In this document: piece by piece, positions 33,701 to 44,987 of the stretch
How the letters are laid out: each line of letters begins with the position of its first letter
How positions within the stretch are numbered: the stretch's first letter is position 1
DNA from: Catajapyx aquilonaris
Lineage: Eukaryota
NCBI GenBank assembly: GCA_000934665.2
Contig: KZ538688.1
Span: 1 to 53,800, forward strand
Direction of reading: 5' to 3'
DNA length: 53,800 nt
The notes under the pieces: model-generated
Seen by the model: the letters and a program-made list of their open reading frames with translations, nothing else
What the model was told of the DNA's origin: nothing
Database searches by the model: none
Made by a program: the position numbers and the translations under genes

Positions 33701-36700
33701 CGTGCATTCCTTTTCTATCACCCTGTATTTATGGGAAATCATTCATAATAATGTCAGATGAAAGGTGAAATTCACTTTTGTTTTATTGATTCAAGTTTTG
33801 TGAAAATCCACATTCAAAGTCTCGATTTTGCAGTTTTCTGCTTTAAAATGATGGCAGAAGGCATAAGGAAAAGTTAGATTATTTTTATTTTTCAAGCTAT
33901 GGTAGATTGGGACAGATTTTTTGGGATGATGATTGTTCATTACAATTTATTGGAACTAATGATACTGATCTGTCCAAAGTCATACCCTCTCATTGCATTA
34001 CCACATTTGAACTATAGTCAGTGTTGCAAACTCATTTATTTCATTAAATATCTGTTTTAGTGAGCGTTTTACACAACTCTAAAAATCGAGTGTCATCCAC
34101 CATCTCTTGAAATGAAGACCTTGGGAGAAAAAATGATCAAGGTCCACCTCAGGTGAAACTGAGATAATCCTATTTTAAATTTCCAAGGCCCATAAGGCTC
34201 GCCATTGTAAATCCCATTTTGGGGGCCTTCCACTGTGACCTATGATCATTACACCACAACCACACCATAATATTCTATGCTAGTGAAACTTCTTCTGAGA
34301 TATGTGACCCATTTTTGACAAAAAGTGGACCTTGATCATTCTTCTCCTGAGGTCTTCAAATATTAAAATCGACACTATCTCACATTTCTTGCACCTCCTT
34401 TCGTGATTTTAAAATTTACCGTTCTTGTTGTAATGGATGACTTCTGTCACTATTACTCACTCAGTCATAACTTACAGTGGTAGGTATGCAACCAGGAGCT
34501 AATAACAAGAGCAGCTTAGTGGCTATCCCTGGCCACATAGGTGGGTTACCGAACCTCTGCTCTGAATTGGTGTCACCCCAGATGGACTCTGCCTTTTGAT
34601 GGCATAAAAAATAAATTAAAAAAGTAACAAAGTAATTTGGACCTAACTAGTAAGTAAGTAAGTAGTAGTAGTAAGTAAATTTGGACCTAACTACTTACAT
34701 TTGTCTTTTAATAACGTCAGAGAGTTCAGGGCAGTTTCAGAATCCAAGCTCTAAGGTGTATCCATAAGGGGAGGCATGGTGGCCGAATTGGTAATGACCG
34801 TACCTCACTTGGAGCGAGGGGAAAAAATTGCCGCATGTGATAATTCTCTTGGACCCCTGGTGTAGTCAGGCCCCTGTATGAGGGACAACTTTCCCTTCAG
34901 CTGGAAATAGTACTTTGGTTTAGTCACACAGGAGGGAAACCAGTCAGCACATCACAACCCAGTTGGAGGTGTTGTCACATGTCAGACGCATATGTCATAT
35001 GTTATTAGCTCCTGATGTAATGCATACCTCACTGCAACCATATGCCTTGTCCACTCCTTCGCTGCCTCTCCTTGCCACTTATATTTTGATACAACACCCA
35101 AGAATTAACATGCAACTGTATAATGTATAGAACTTAACAGATACATGCAATAATAGGTTTCATGATGATATCCTACTTGAACCCTTTGACGGCGGGTTTT
35201 TTAGGGTGGTTTTTAAGTTTTCTTGACCAAAATTTGTAGTAGAAGTGATATTAATGAAAAACAATATGCTCCAATATTTATGATTTTAACTCGTGGTGGT
35301 CCTTTTGAATGTAAAATGCCGAAAAAATTCATCAACAGGGTGTTCCACAAAAAAAATTAAGAGTATAATTAACTGTAATTAAATTAAATTAATTTTTTAA
35401 GTCGCTATGAAATTGTTACTATGGTTACATAGTAATACTAAAACACTGTACTATGAGAAATTCCTAAGAGTCCTGCTGCATGTTGACAAAAACTTTCAGG
35501 GGAGGGGCTATATTTAGCTCATGCTGGGAGGCGAAAAAACTGATTAGCATAGGCCATGGTAGTTGAGCCCTCTTCCACGAGGTGGTAGGAGCAGTTTGAG
35601 CCTCAAACTGCATGATTTCTGTCTAAACTCGAGCGATCCTGGTTAAAAAACCCACAGGACATCATATGATACATGTAGGCCTCAAAGTGTTAAAAACAAT
35701 GAAAGTGCTACAATTTAGGTTTTAGGGGATAGCCAAAAATGAAGAAAATACAGGTAAAGAAAAGGTTACATACTGGGGAGAAAAATCTTCCTGTCATTGC
35801 TTCATGTGTGCAGATTTGAACTGCCTCATATTGGCCTATAATTGGCCACATTACAGGTTGTATAGAATGCATTTTCAGAAGCCTTACTCCATTAATTATG
35901 ACTGATGGCTCAGTGGTGACCAAAGGACCTCTTGAGAATGCATTATTAACATCATTGCACTTGTTCTCTGTCATATTATACTCGTACATGATGTTTCAGC
36001 TGAATATCAAGATGATCAAATTACTTCCTTCTCAGTGTTCGCTTTCAAATTTTGTGGAACTGCTGCATGATGTTTGTACTGAGCAGAAGTATGAAATTGT
36101 TGTGAAGAAGTTTGGATCTAAAACTCAGGGTGAGTAGACCTTAATGGACTCTTCTGCTACTGGGTGGTTCCATTTCAGATCAGCCAGTGAGTGAAAAAAG
36201 GTGTCATAGTCATCGATTTTTTTGAAAAATATATATGTGAAACCCACATCGAATTGAACTCTTATGGAACAAGCAGTTTTACCAGATTAAATTTAGTTAT
36301 CGAGATATAAATATTTCTTTGAAGGGGTACCAAAATCACAAGCACGCGAAGACGCACTTTTTCCCGCTTCTTCCATTGCTTTCAATGAGTATATCTCGGG
36401 AACTGTTCTGAGAACCAACATGAAATTTTTTACTCATGCTTTTGGAATAACACGCTGTTATGTAATGCATAAATTTACCTTATTTAATGGTACAGTCACC
36501 TGCAAAAAAATCTCCAACATTGCATATTTTGGTCAAAATTCGCATATTTCGCAATTTATTACGGCGTTATGGTAAACGTGACGGTTATGCCGATTATATT
36601 TTGTGATTGGTCAAGACACTCACGTGACCCCAGAATGCCCAGCGACAAACACACACTGCAGCTCACAGAGAACTTCGGTTGGTCCATATCCGCCAACACG

Positions 36701-39700
36701 GCGCCCACGGAGCACGAAAACCGACAGAACGGCGCCAACCCTTCTGATTTGAGTCACAATAAAAAAAACCCATCCTACAATATGATGTAGTAGGCATTAC
36801 CTAAATTGTTACAATTAACCCTGGCCAGAATATCCGATACTGACAACATTATGCTGTAGGCGGTATTTCCCTCATTGTCGCAATTGAACCTGGTCAGAAT
36901 ATGCGGTTCTGACAGGTTACATGTATAATGGTCACGTTTTTTAGAGAAGCACTTAATACCCTGGCTAAATCTTCTGCAGACTGGATGGCATCTACTGCAT
37001 CATGGGTCAGATTGTGTAGTGTCGCGTGGTTCTTCATTAGTCCTCCGACTCTGTCACATGGACCTTTCCCATCCCCAGTCGCAGTGAATATCCATTCCCT
37101 TTCTGGACTTGTTTCTCGATAGGAAAGTGCATTCAATTGGTAGCGGTTTTTAAAATGGCTTGCGGCACCATCGGAGACGTTGGTAATTTTGGTGGGCCTG
37201 ACTGTACTCCCCGACATAAGCACTTCCTCAACTTTTTGAAATGTGCATGTTGCATAGAAACAAAAATCGCCCCTGTGAGAAAAATTCGTATCTCACTGAA
37301 TACAAATATATACCGAATTTTGATATAATTTTATAATCGAACTCATGCTACTTTGGTATACAAAAAATAACGATTAAATTTTCAAAATGGCTTCTTCGAG
37401 AAAATATTTATTTTAAGTGTGCATATTGTAGCACAATTTCGAATGTTGTTGCTTTACAAAAATTTATATCTCACGTATAAGAAATATATACCGGGTTTTG
37501 ACACTACTTAATTTTATAACATGTCCGACCTTTTAAAATAAAAAATAAAAATAAAATATTTAAAATGGCTTCTTCGAGAAAATATTTATTTTAAAAAGTG
37601 TGCATATTGTAGCACAATTACAGAAGTTGTGACTTTTCAAAAATTTATATCTCACGTATTAAAAATATATTAGGGGTTTTGACACCAGGTAATTTTATAC
37701 CATGCCTTTCTTTGTAAAATAAAAAATAAAAATAAAATATTAAAAAATGGCTTTTTTGAGAAAATAATTGTTGAAATATGCATGTTTTCGCTTGTTGCCA
37801 TATTTTCACCTCGCATATCTCAACTACACGCGGAGCTAACGAAGGTTTTATTTCATAGCCTGGACCAAAATATGCAATGTTGGAGATTTTTTTGCAGGTG
37901 ACTGTACCATTAAATAAGGTAAATTTATGCATTACATAACAGCGTGTTATTCCAAAAGCATGAGTTAAAAATTTCATGTTGGTTCTCAGAACAGTTCCCG
38001 AGATATACTCATTGAAAGCAATGGAAGAAGCGGGAAAAAGTGCGTCTTCGCGTGCTTGTGATTTTGGTACCCCTTCAAAGAAATATTTATATCTCGATAA
38101 CTAAATTTAATCTGGTAAAACTGCTTGTTCCATAAGAGTTCAATTCGATGTGGGTTTCACATATATATTTTTCAAAAAAATCGATGACTATGACCTGACA
38201 CCTTTTTTCACTCACTGGCTGATCTGAAATGGAACCACCCTACTGCAATAGAGGCTTTTATGTGGGTCGTTTCATAAGTCACAGCGCATAAGTCAAAAAC
38301 GGTAACGCATACAGAGATGACCTTTGCTGACAGTGAGTTTTGAATTACAATTTGATCTGGCATATAGATGTCGCCCGTATCACCGGGAGGCAGGGAAACA
38401 ACGAGGGGATTGCGACCCCCTCACCGCACCATCGCACAAAGACGGCCCGAGCCTGACGCGCTTGGAGCTGTTGGATGCTGCATGCTGGAGACTCAGAGAT
38501 GGACAACACAGGAGCTTGCTTTCAAGTGTGGAACAAGTCAGAGCACGATGACGTGAGTTATGTGTCATCCTTATGTGTCATCCATCGCTACAAACAGTTT
38601 TGAAAGACCATCGCCCTCAATGCGCGGACAAAATGGTGGCACTTCTGCACCTCAAAGAGCTGGTGAGGAACCCATGAGGATGCCAACTTCCTGAGACCTT
38701 TCAGTCTTTCAGCGTCCTAAACATAGTGCTCTGACTTGTCCCACACTCGAAATTAATCTCCTGTGTTGTCCATTGCCGAGGGTCCAGCATGCAGCTTCCA
38801 ACACTCTCCAAACGCGTCCAAATGCATCTGCTCGGGCCGTCTTAGGGCGATGGTGCAGTGGGGGGATCACATTCCCCCTTTGTTTCCTGCCCCCCCCCCC
38901 CCCCCCCCNNNNNNNNNNNNNNNNNNNNNNNNNNNNNNNNNNNNNNNNNNNNNNNNNNNNNNNNNNNNNNNNNNNNNNNNNNNNNNNNNNNNNNNNNNNN
39001 NNNNNNNNNNNNNNNNNNNNNNNNGGGGGGGGGGGGGGTGACTTTGTGACAAATCAATTTTTCGAATCTCGCGCCACTATTATTTTAGCTTTTTGACTGA
39101 AACTGGCCCCAATAGATGGAATTGTTGGCAGTCACATTCCAAGTATGCAAACTACAAGGATTGTTGGCTCTACCTTCGACTACTTTCCATAATAGCGACT
39201 CACATATTTGCGAAAAGGGTAAAACATATAACTTATTTTGAAGACAAATTAATGGTTAAGTAATTATATAGCATGCAAGATTGAACTTGATTTGTAGGAG
39301 ATATGAGGGTGTTACATGAATTTCGTATATTTGCGGGGTGACTGTGACAGCATCAACTTGTCACAAAGTCAGTCCAAGGATATTACTTACTGTTTTGATC
39401 TATGTCTCGGTCCTTTAGGGTACCGTACCACTCAAAATAATTATACACATCCTAATGAAAATCTAAAGAAATCAGCCGCCAAGAACTTCACGAAGTTAAG
39501 GACTTGAACTGAAAGACCAAATACACTACAAAATGTTTTTCATAATATTACATTATAAATTATTAATTTTATAAAATAATACAGTATATCATTGTAAGGA
39601 TGAAAAAATCTGTCGAAAATAAAGAGTTTGTGCGGTAGCTTTATTATATTTTCTCTTTCCATGTTTAATCTTAAGGAAATGACCACTGTTACAATTGTAA

Positions 39701-42303
39701 ATGTGAATATTTTAGTAACGGATAAAGTTATCGATATGATCTGAACACGGATATGTGGAGGAAGGTTGTGGGCAGTGGCGTCGCTAGGCAGGTGCGGGGG
39801 GTGCGGACCGCACCGGGTGGCACCCTCAAAGGGGGTGACACCCAAGTGATGTGTGAAATTTTTTGGAACCCTTCAGAGAATGTATGCTTTCTTTGCGGCT
39901 TCCACACATCGATGGAAACTACGGAAATAATTTAAAGGTGTACGAGGTGTGATCAAAAAGTTCCCGGACTGTCGATATACCGTGCAATCCAGTGGAGGTA
40001 CGAACTTGTGACGTTAGGGGGCGCTAGGTGCACCTTTCATCTATTAGTCTGAAAAATCTCGTCTTCATAGGTGCACATGTTCCCGAGTTTCGGCAGTTTT
40101 CTTGACACCGTGTTCTTGTGCTTCTGCAATTTTTCGAAATCGCTTATGTTAGGGAGCAAAAGATTTGTAAATTTTGCTTCCAGCTCAACAAAACTTCGGA
40201 TGCAACCAACCGAATGCTGAAAAAGGCTTTTGATGAGCAAGTTGTAAGACAAGCAATAACATATGAGTAGGTTAACAGCTTCGAAGGTGGCGGGAGTTTC
40301 TCCCTCCTGGTAAAACTGTCAACGGCAAGTATTAGGGCCTACTGGGATGGTTTGAGACGATTTAGGCTAAAATGGCCGGAGATGTGGAAGAACAGAGACT
40401 GGCTGCTGCACCATGACAATGCCGCCTGCACACCCCTCACGCATAGTCAGGGACTTCCTGATAAAAAATAACATGACCACTGTTCCCCACTCTGCATATT
40501 CATTTGTCCTGGCACTACGTGATTTCTACCTCTTCCCTAAAATGAAATTTGGGTAGAAAAGGATGCATTTTGACTCCACTAAGGAGATCTAAGCAAAATC
40601 GCAGCAGGTGTTGAACACACTACTGTTGCCCAATTTTTTTGGTGCTTCCAAAAATGGGAAATTCGCTGGAATTGTTGTATACGTGCCCAAGGTGACTACT
40701 TTGAAGGTGGCAGTGGCAATTATGACTTAAATTAAATATTAATATTTTTATGAACACAGTCCGGGAACTTTTCGATCACACCTCGTACACTTTTAAATTT
40801 TGTTCTTTTCATGACAACTATTCACATGGCAATCAATGATATACAGGAGAGCTTCATTAGTACTAAAAAATAACCAAGTATTCTGTACGGTCGGGCACGG
40901 GAGAGGGTCCTGGCCCTTGGGCCAGGGGGGTGGAGGGGNGGGGGGGGGGGGGGTGATACCACGAGTTGCCGCACCGGGTGACAACAACACTAGCGACGCC
41001 ACTGGTTGTGGGTACACTACAAACATAAATAAGACATTTATTGGGAAAACATTAAACCATTTCTACTGATACAATATCATACAAAGAACCTCTAAAACTG
41101 TCACAAAGTTATCCCTCCTTACGGTAGCAATTTCTTTCACTCAGCAGCTTAGTTTTAAGTGGTTACTTTGAAATAGTTACTTTCAGTGGTATCACCAGTA
41201 TTAGCTACAACTAGTAGGCTGAATATTTATTGATGTTCTTCTGAATCTTCTGAATTGCAATGAAATCCCCGTTGGGAACCCTGGGGTACAGTACAATTTA
41301 CATTAAACAGCAGTAATTGAACCCATTTTTTTCAGGCCTGATCCACTTGCAGGCATTGAAAGGATGGGTGCATGACACACAATACATATTAACAATACTT
41401 TTGATAACTATTAAAAGTAACTGCTTAAATAAGCAGCTTAGTGCCTGACTGATTTTTGTCAGGGTGTTTGTATAATCTTCTCCAGTCTCTCCCACTTGCA
41501 CCCAGTCTCATTGGCAGTCACCAATTTGGTAGGGCACTATAAAACCACATGCAATGCGTTCTAAAGTTGAAATTTTACTGTATGTTAGTTTGCTTTTGTT
41601 ATGAACACTCTCATTGTGTGTGTGTAGGGGGGCCGACATTCAGCCATGTATGAAGCATCCTGGATGAAAACATGCCCCCCAATCTACCTACTGTTAATGT
41701 GGAGTGAGTTGAGGGAGTAGTACATAATCATGTGGCTGCTATTTTGTTGATTACATCTGAAATACCAGTACCTAAAGAATAATTTTTGAAATTAAAATTC
41801 CTGAAGATATTTGAGAGTTCAAAAATTTCCTAATATTATACCCGAATCTGCACCACTCTTGAACCAGACAGTCTGAAGAAAAAGAGTAGCACTTTTGCTT
41901 CTGATATTATTTGCTGCTATGATCAATAAAATTTATTCTGCACAGCAGCAGAATTAATACTGCAACAGAGCCCTTCCTCGACATAATTATCATCACATAC
42001 CAAGCTGGATGTGCTGATCATGTTCATTATGAAATATTTGATTACCCAGGACTTTTTTATGGTTCAGGAACAAGGGTTTGCTTTCATGCCTTCCACCATT
42101 GCTGCTTCAAACATTGAAATGACTAACATTTAGTAGTGACTGAATATTGATGCTACTGTATTACTTCAGGTTACCTTACCATGCTGACATTGAAACATTG
42201 CCCTGTGCCCTGCACCGTCAGTGGATGGAGTGCGTCAGAGACAGAATCCTGGAAACTTGCTGCTCGTGAAGCAATCCGCACATTGAGAGTGTTAGCCAGG
42301 TGA
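24721..42303 (+). CDS. Three-dsRBD double-stranded-RNA-binding protein of the R2D2/Loquacious/TRBP-PACT family (most likely R2D2)
   Basis: Exons 24721-24865, 24932-25058, 25878-26062, 26144-26256, 28907-29023, 32768-32794, 36036-36129, 42170-42303 (942 nt, 313 aa, phase-consistent). dsRBD1 KTPVSALQE...HEPLFVFRVTV...GPSKKIAKHAAAEAAL; dsRBD2 NPIGSLQELC...GPPHSKTFTVTC...AKTKQLAKQQAA; degenerate third domain NFVELLHDVCTEQKYEI...AAREAIRTL. AATAAA at 42352. Confidence 0.9.
26345..26873. mobile_element. PIF/Harbinger-like MITE
   Basis: TAA|AGGTGTGTTCACAT...ATGTGAACGCACCT|TAA, 3-bp TSD. Confidence 0.7.
27570..28602. mobile_element. hAT-like MITE inserted in the centre of an older palindromic MITE (about 27470-28712)
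   Basis: CAGGGTTGG...CCAACCCTG with 8-bp TSD GCCCTGGG/GCCCTTGG; the host arms (27476-27538, 28647-28712) are inverted copies. Confidence 0.7.
29058..29392 (-). mobile_element. tRNA-derived SINE, full length
   Basis: 16-bp TSD TGCATTCATGTATATT (29042-29057, 29393-29408); minus-strand B box GGTTCGATCCC. Confidence 0.85.
30021..30748. mobile_element. Tc1-like MITE hosting a P-like MITE
   Basis: TACAGGGTGTAAATGAAATAAGTGC / GCGCACTTATTTAATTTACATCCTGTA with long degenerate arms. Confidence 0.7.
30251..30541. mobile_element. P-element-like MITE
   Basis: CAAAGAGTTCTGCTA...TAGCAGAACTCTTTG TIRs with 8-bp TSD GTGTGTGC; internal direct repeat CGCCATCTTGTTGGAGGTCATATTGTTG twice. Confidence 0.65.
32912..33725. 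mobile_element. Tc1-like MITE with a nested minus-strand SINE fragment (about 33110-33316)
   Basis: TA|CAGGGTGAT...ATCACCCTG|TA. The SINE head (GGTTCGAATCCC) is homologous to 45160-45588. Confidence 0.7.
34114..34357. mobile_element. Sola1-like MITE (uninterrupted copy)
   Basis: GAAGACCTTGGGAGAA...TTCTCCTGAGGTCTTC with AAAT TSD. Confidence 0.75.
36162..38240 (-). mobile_element. Sola2 non-autonomous DNA transposon with transposase remnant
   Basis: GGGTGGTTCC...GGAACCACCC termini, 4-bp TSD TACT, near-identical TIRs of about 370 bp. The minus ORF 36894-37223 has SDGAASHFKNR...EWIFTATGDGKGPCDRVGG, the remembered Sola2 DDE region. A tandem unit of about 180 bp spans about 37300-37770. Confidence 0.85.
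38909..39024. other. Assembly gap (116 N) flanked by poly-C and poly-G
   Basis: Run of N characters. Confidence 0.99.
39773..41004. mobile_element. hAT-like MITE hosting a mariner
   Basis: CAGTGGCGTCGCTAG...CTAGCGACGCCACTG with a perfect 8-bp TSD GTTGTGGG. Confidence 0.85.
39943..40785 (+). mobile_element. Internally deleted mariner with decayed transposase
   Basis: TA|CGAGGTGTGATCAAAAAGTTCCCGGACT...AGTCCGGGAACTTTTCGATCACACCTCG|TA; remnants WLLHHDNA and VPHSAYSFVLALRDFYLFPKMK. Confidence 0.85.
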
Positions 42304-42459
42304 ACCATTAACACTTCGGCAGGTGAATGCTTGGGAGGAATTATATGTTAAAATAAATAAAAATACTTTATTAAACCATAATTTATTTATCTTTTGAATT
42401 TGATTATTACATGTGTCATTTGAATCATTACGAAGCCACTCACACCATTCCTCGAAACC

Positions 42460-43208
42460 TTAGGAAGAAGTGGCATCAAAAGCGACTTCCATGGAACCCA
42501 TGCAGTTTTCTGCAGCAGCATTAACAATACGTATAGCTGTTGTGTTGATTTCTTCTTCACTCTGTGAAAATAAATTGTTACAATTTGTTCATTTCAAGTA
42601 GCAAATGAGAAACTGGCCTTTGACTGCAAACTGATTATTGTAGCAAACTTTGCTTGTGGAAGTTCATTGATTTCTTGGATTAGAGATGTGTGGGCAGTGG
42701 TAATGGTTGGAAGAGCTTCATCAATCACACTAACAAGGAAGAACTTTCCATCAAAGAAACGATGGTGTAGTTTCTTCAGCTGTGACTTTGCATAATGTAT
42801 TTCATCTGACTTGGATGCATCTAAGATTCCAACCACGAAATCGGCCTTTGGTGTCCTTGTGCTGGATATGTAGCAGTCTAGGTCATCAAAATTCTGCAGG
42901 TCACTTGTTGTGTAAATCTGTGCAGAGAAATGCTTGCATTTTTAAAGGTGTTGTGGGATTCTCCAAAGCAGTTTACACAACTGTCCTGTAGCTCTGACTG
43001 AATTAGGTTCCATGACACTGAAGTGTCTGAATATTTGTCTTTATTACTGAAGCTAGAAGACGAAGATAACCCCTCCAACACCAGTGAAATCATGGTAGGA
43101 AATTGAGAAACATTTTTCAAGTAACAGGCCTGGACAAAGAATTGAATTTGTGCAGGTGAAAGGTTTCAAGCAGGTTTCAAGGGCTCTTCCTGACCTCTTG
43201 GACACCAT
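42460..43208 (-). CDS. CENPM: Centromere protein M-like (CCAN pseudo-GTPase)
   Basis: Exons (minus) 43208-43206 (ATG), 43129-42977, 42917-42618, 42561-42460 give 185 aa. TPKADFVVGILDASKSDEIHYAKSQLKKLHHRFFDGKFFLV...SEEEINTTAIRIVNAAAENCMG aligns by eye with remembered human CENP-M [41 protein letters not shown]...VEGFRATMAQRLVRVLQICAG. The last intron needs a GC donor, and the start exon is uncertain. Confidence 0.72.
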
Positions 43209-43354
43209 GTCCTCCAATTCCAATGCACTTGAAATGTGGCATTTCAGAACATTTTCATTAACCATTATGTTCCAGGCAGAGGAGTCAGAATGTTTATTGC
43301 TTATGGTAATGACTAACAAGTGATTTTAAATGCAATATCTGTTCATTATATTTT

Positions 43355-43770
43355 TTAACAATCAGGGTAGCTTGTATCAGACCTGTACCGCAATAGAAAA
43401 TACCATGAATCTTCAGTAGTGATAAGCCAGAAAATTCTTGGTACTCGGGCTGGAAGCTGGAAAAGGCATATTGCAAATCATGAATTTCTTACATCACTGT
43501 ACCTTTATAGATCTAAAGGAAAGGTACTCTCCATCCCTGAAGACAAGTTTCACCTGCTTGGACAGCTGTTTCAGTGTGGAATGTACCCTCCCAAACATCT
43601 GAAAAATATTTGCATGGTAACTTGTTCCGTAAAATTTTTAAATGCTCCCACCTCACCAGTATTGTTAGTTCATCAAAAGCGTCTTTGTCTTTGTATGCCT
43701 CCACTTTCAATAGAGCAGCAGCACTCCTTGTCTCCTCATTGGTTAAAATTACGCTTCTCTGTGAATCCAT
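43355..43770 (-). CDS. Uncharacterised spliced 103-aa ORF, possible roadblock/LC7-like fold
   Basis: Exons (minus) 43770-43657, 43598-43503, 43456-43355 joined by two phase-0 GT-AG introns (58 and 46 nt). Good Kozak context (aatATGg), upstream acceptor at 43812, AATAAA at 43293-43298. Protein MDSQRSVILTNEETRSAAALLKVEAYKDKDAFDELTILMFGRVHSTLKQLSKQVKLVFRDGEYLSFRSIKLPARVPRIFWLITTEDSWYFLLRYRSDTSYPDC. Confidence 0.55.
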
Positions 43771-44350
43771 ATTGGTTTATGGCAATGTTTGCACCAGACT
43801 GTGGTTGAGTCCTAAAAATGAAATGGCCCTTAAGTGACCAAAAATTGATAACCTACTGTTTATTATACAGTCCAATTTATGTACATTGTGTACAAGTTAA
43901 ATCAAACTAAATTATTGTGCATGCAAATTCTTTGGTGCGCTGAGAAGGTGCTGGTCCTTGGGGGGGATTGAACAATTACATATTTTGTGAAAAGGTTATC
44001 TTTTGGCACAATGATGCAGTGTCCACTTCCACTTCTTGAAAAAAAAAGAAGGAAGAATTGTCATCTGAAATGTTACTGAGCAAAGGCCGAATTAAGGTAT
44101 AAAGTAGTTGATGGAGTAAATATGGAAACAGGATTAGTCATTAATATGTTTTACTGTTTTGTCAAGGTCAGTCTTGTACACTGACTGGGGGATATTCCAA
44201 CCCTCTGACGCCCCAAGTGAAAATCCTGTACAAAGCTCGTAACTGTAGAGCAACCCTTGCAATGTTTGGCCAATTGAAACCATGCACCTGTCTATACGAT
44301 AAGGGAAACATACAAACTTCAATATCTCGAAATGACGTAAAGCTGACAAT

Positions 44351-44932
44351 GGAAGTGTAAGTGTTGTCCGTGGAGTTTCTGAATGAAACTTGGGACAATA
44401 ATATAGGCAGGTAAGTTATTAAAGAAAATGCAAACAATTTAGACGAATGCCCACAAGGTCAAAAGTTGTGACCTCTCGAACTCATAAGGGACACTTTCCA
44501 GGGTCTCACTGATTTCCTTGAAATTCAGTACATTGGTAGGTCACCCCAAGGGATGAAAACACACCTAAAGTGACCTGCTCAAACTGACCCAGTGACCCCT
44601 TTTTGGGGGGCAGAGGTCAACTCTTAAATGCCGAAAATTCACCAATTTTCTTGAAGTTCGGTGCATTGGTAGCCCCCAAAAAGGGGTCACCGGGTCATTT
44701 TGAGCAGGTCACTTTAGGTGCATTTTTCATCCCTTGGGGTGGCCTACCAATGTACTGAATTTCAAGAAAATCAGTGAGACCCTGGAAAGTGTCCCTTATG
44801 AGTTCGAGAGGTCACAACTTTTGACCTTGTGGGCATTCGTCTAAATTGTTTGCATTTTCTTTAATAACTTACCTGCCTATATTATTGTCCCAAGTTTCAT
44901 TCAGAAACTCCACGGACAACACTTACACTTCC
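44351..44932. repeat. Near-perfect palindrome of about 580 bp (foldback element, family unassigned)
   Basis: 44351 to about 44600 is the reverse complement of about 44675-44932, with few mismatches. Confidence 0.85.
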
Positions 44933-44987
44933 CTTGTGAGATACAGGATTTCGACTTGAGCCGTCAGCCCTATTCCTATACACTTTG

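Noticed and set aside
37300..37770. Repeated units as a possible CRISPR-like array
   Set aside because: AT-rich tandem duplication of about 180 bp inside a Sola2 element, with no unique spacers, in a eukaryotic context.
38763..39096. Poly-Pro/poly-Gly ORFs
   Set aside because: Artefacts of homopolymer runs around the N gap.
42594..43770. Initial reading as a frameshifted pseudogene or a SHOC1/HDAC-like fragment
   Set aside because: Every frame change coincides with a short intron with valid splice sites, and the spliced product fits CENP-M much better.
43907..44034. Apparent minus-strand exon ending in a CaaX box (CTII)
   Set aside because: Recounting the 7-G run at 43960-43966 puts CTII out of frame with the upstream acceptor.
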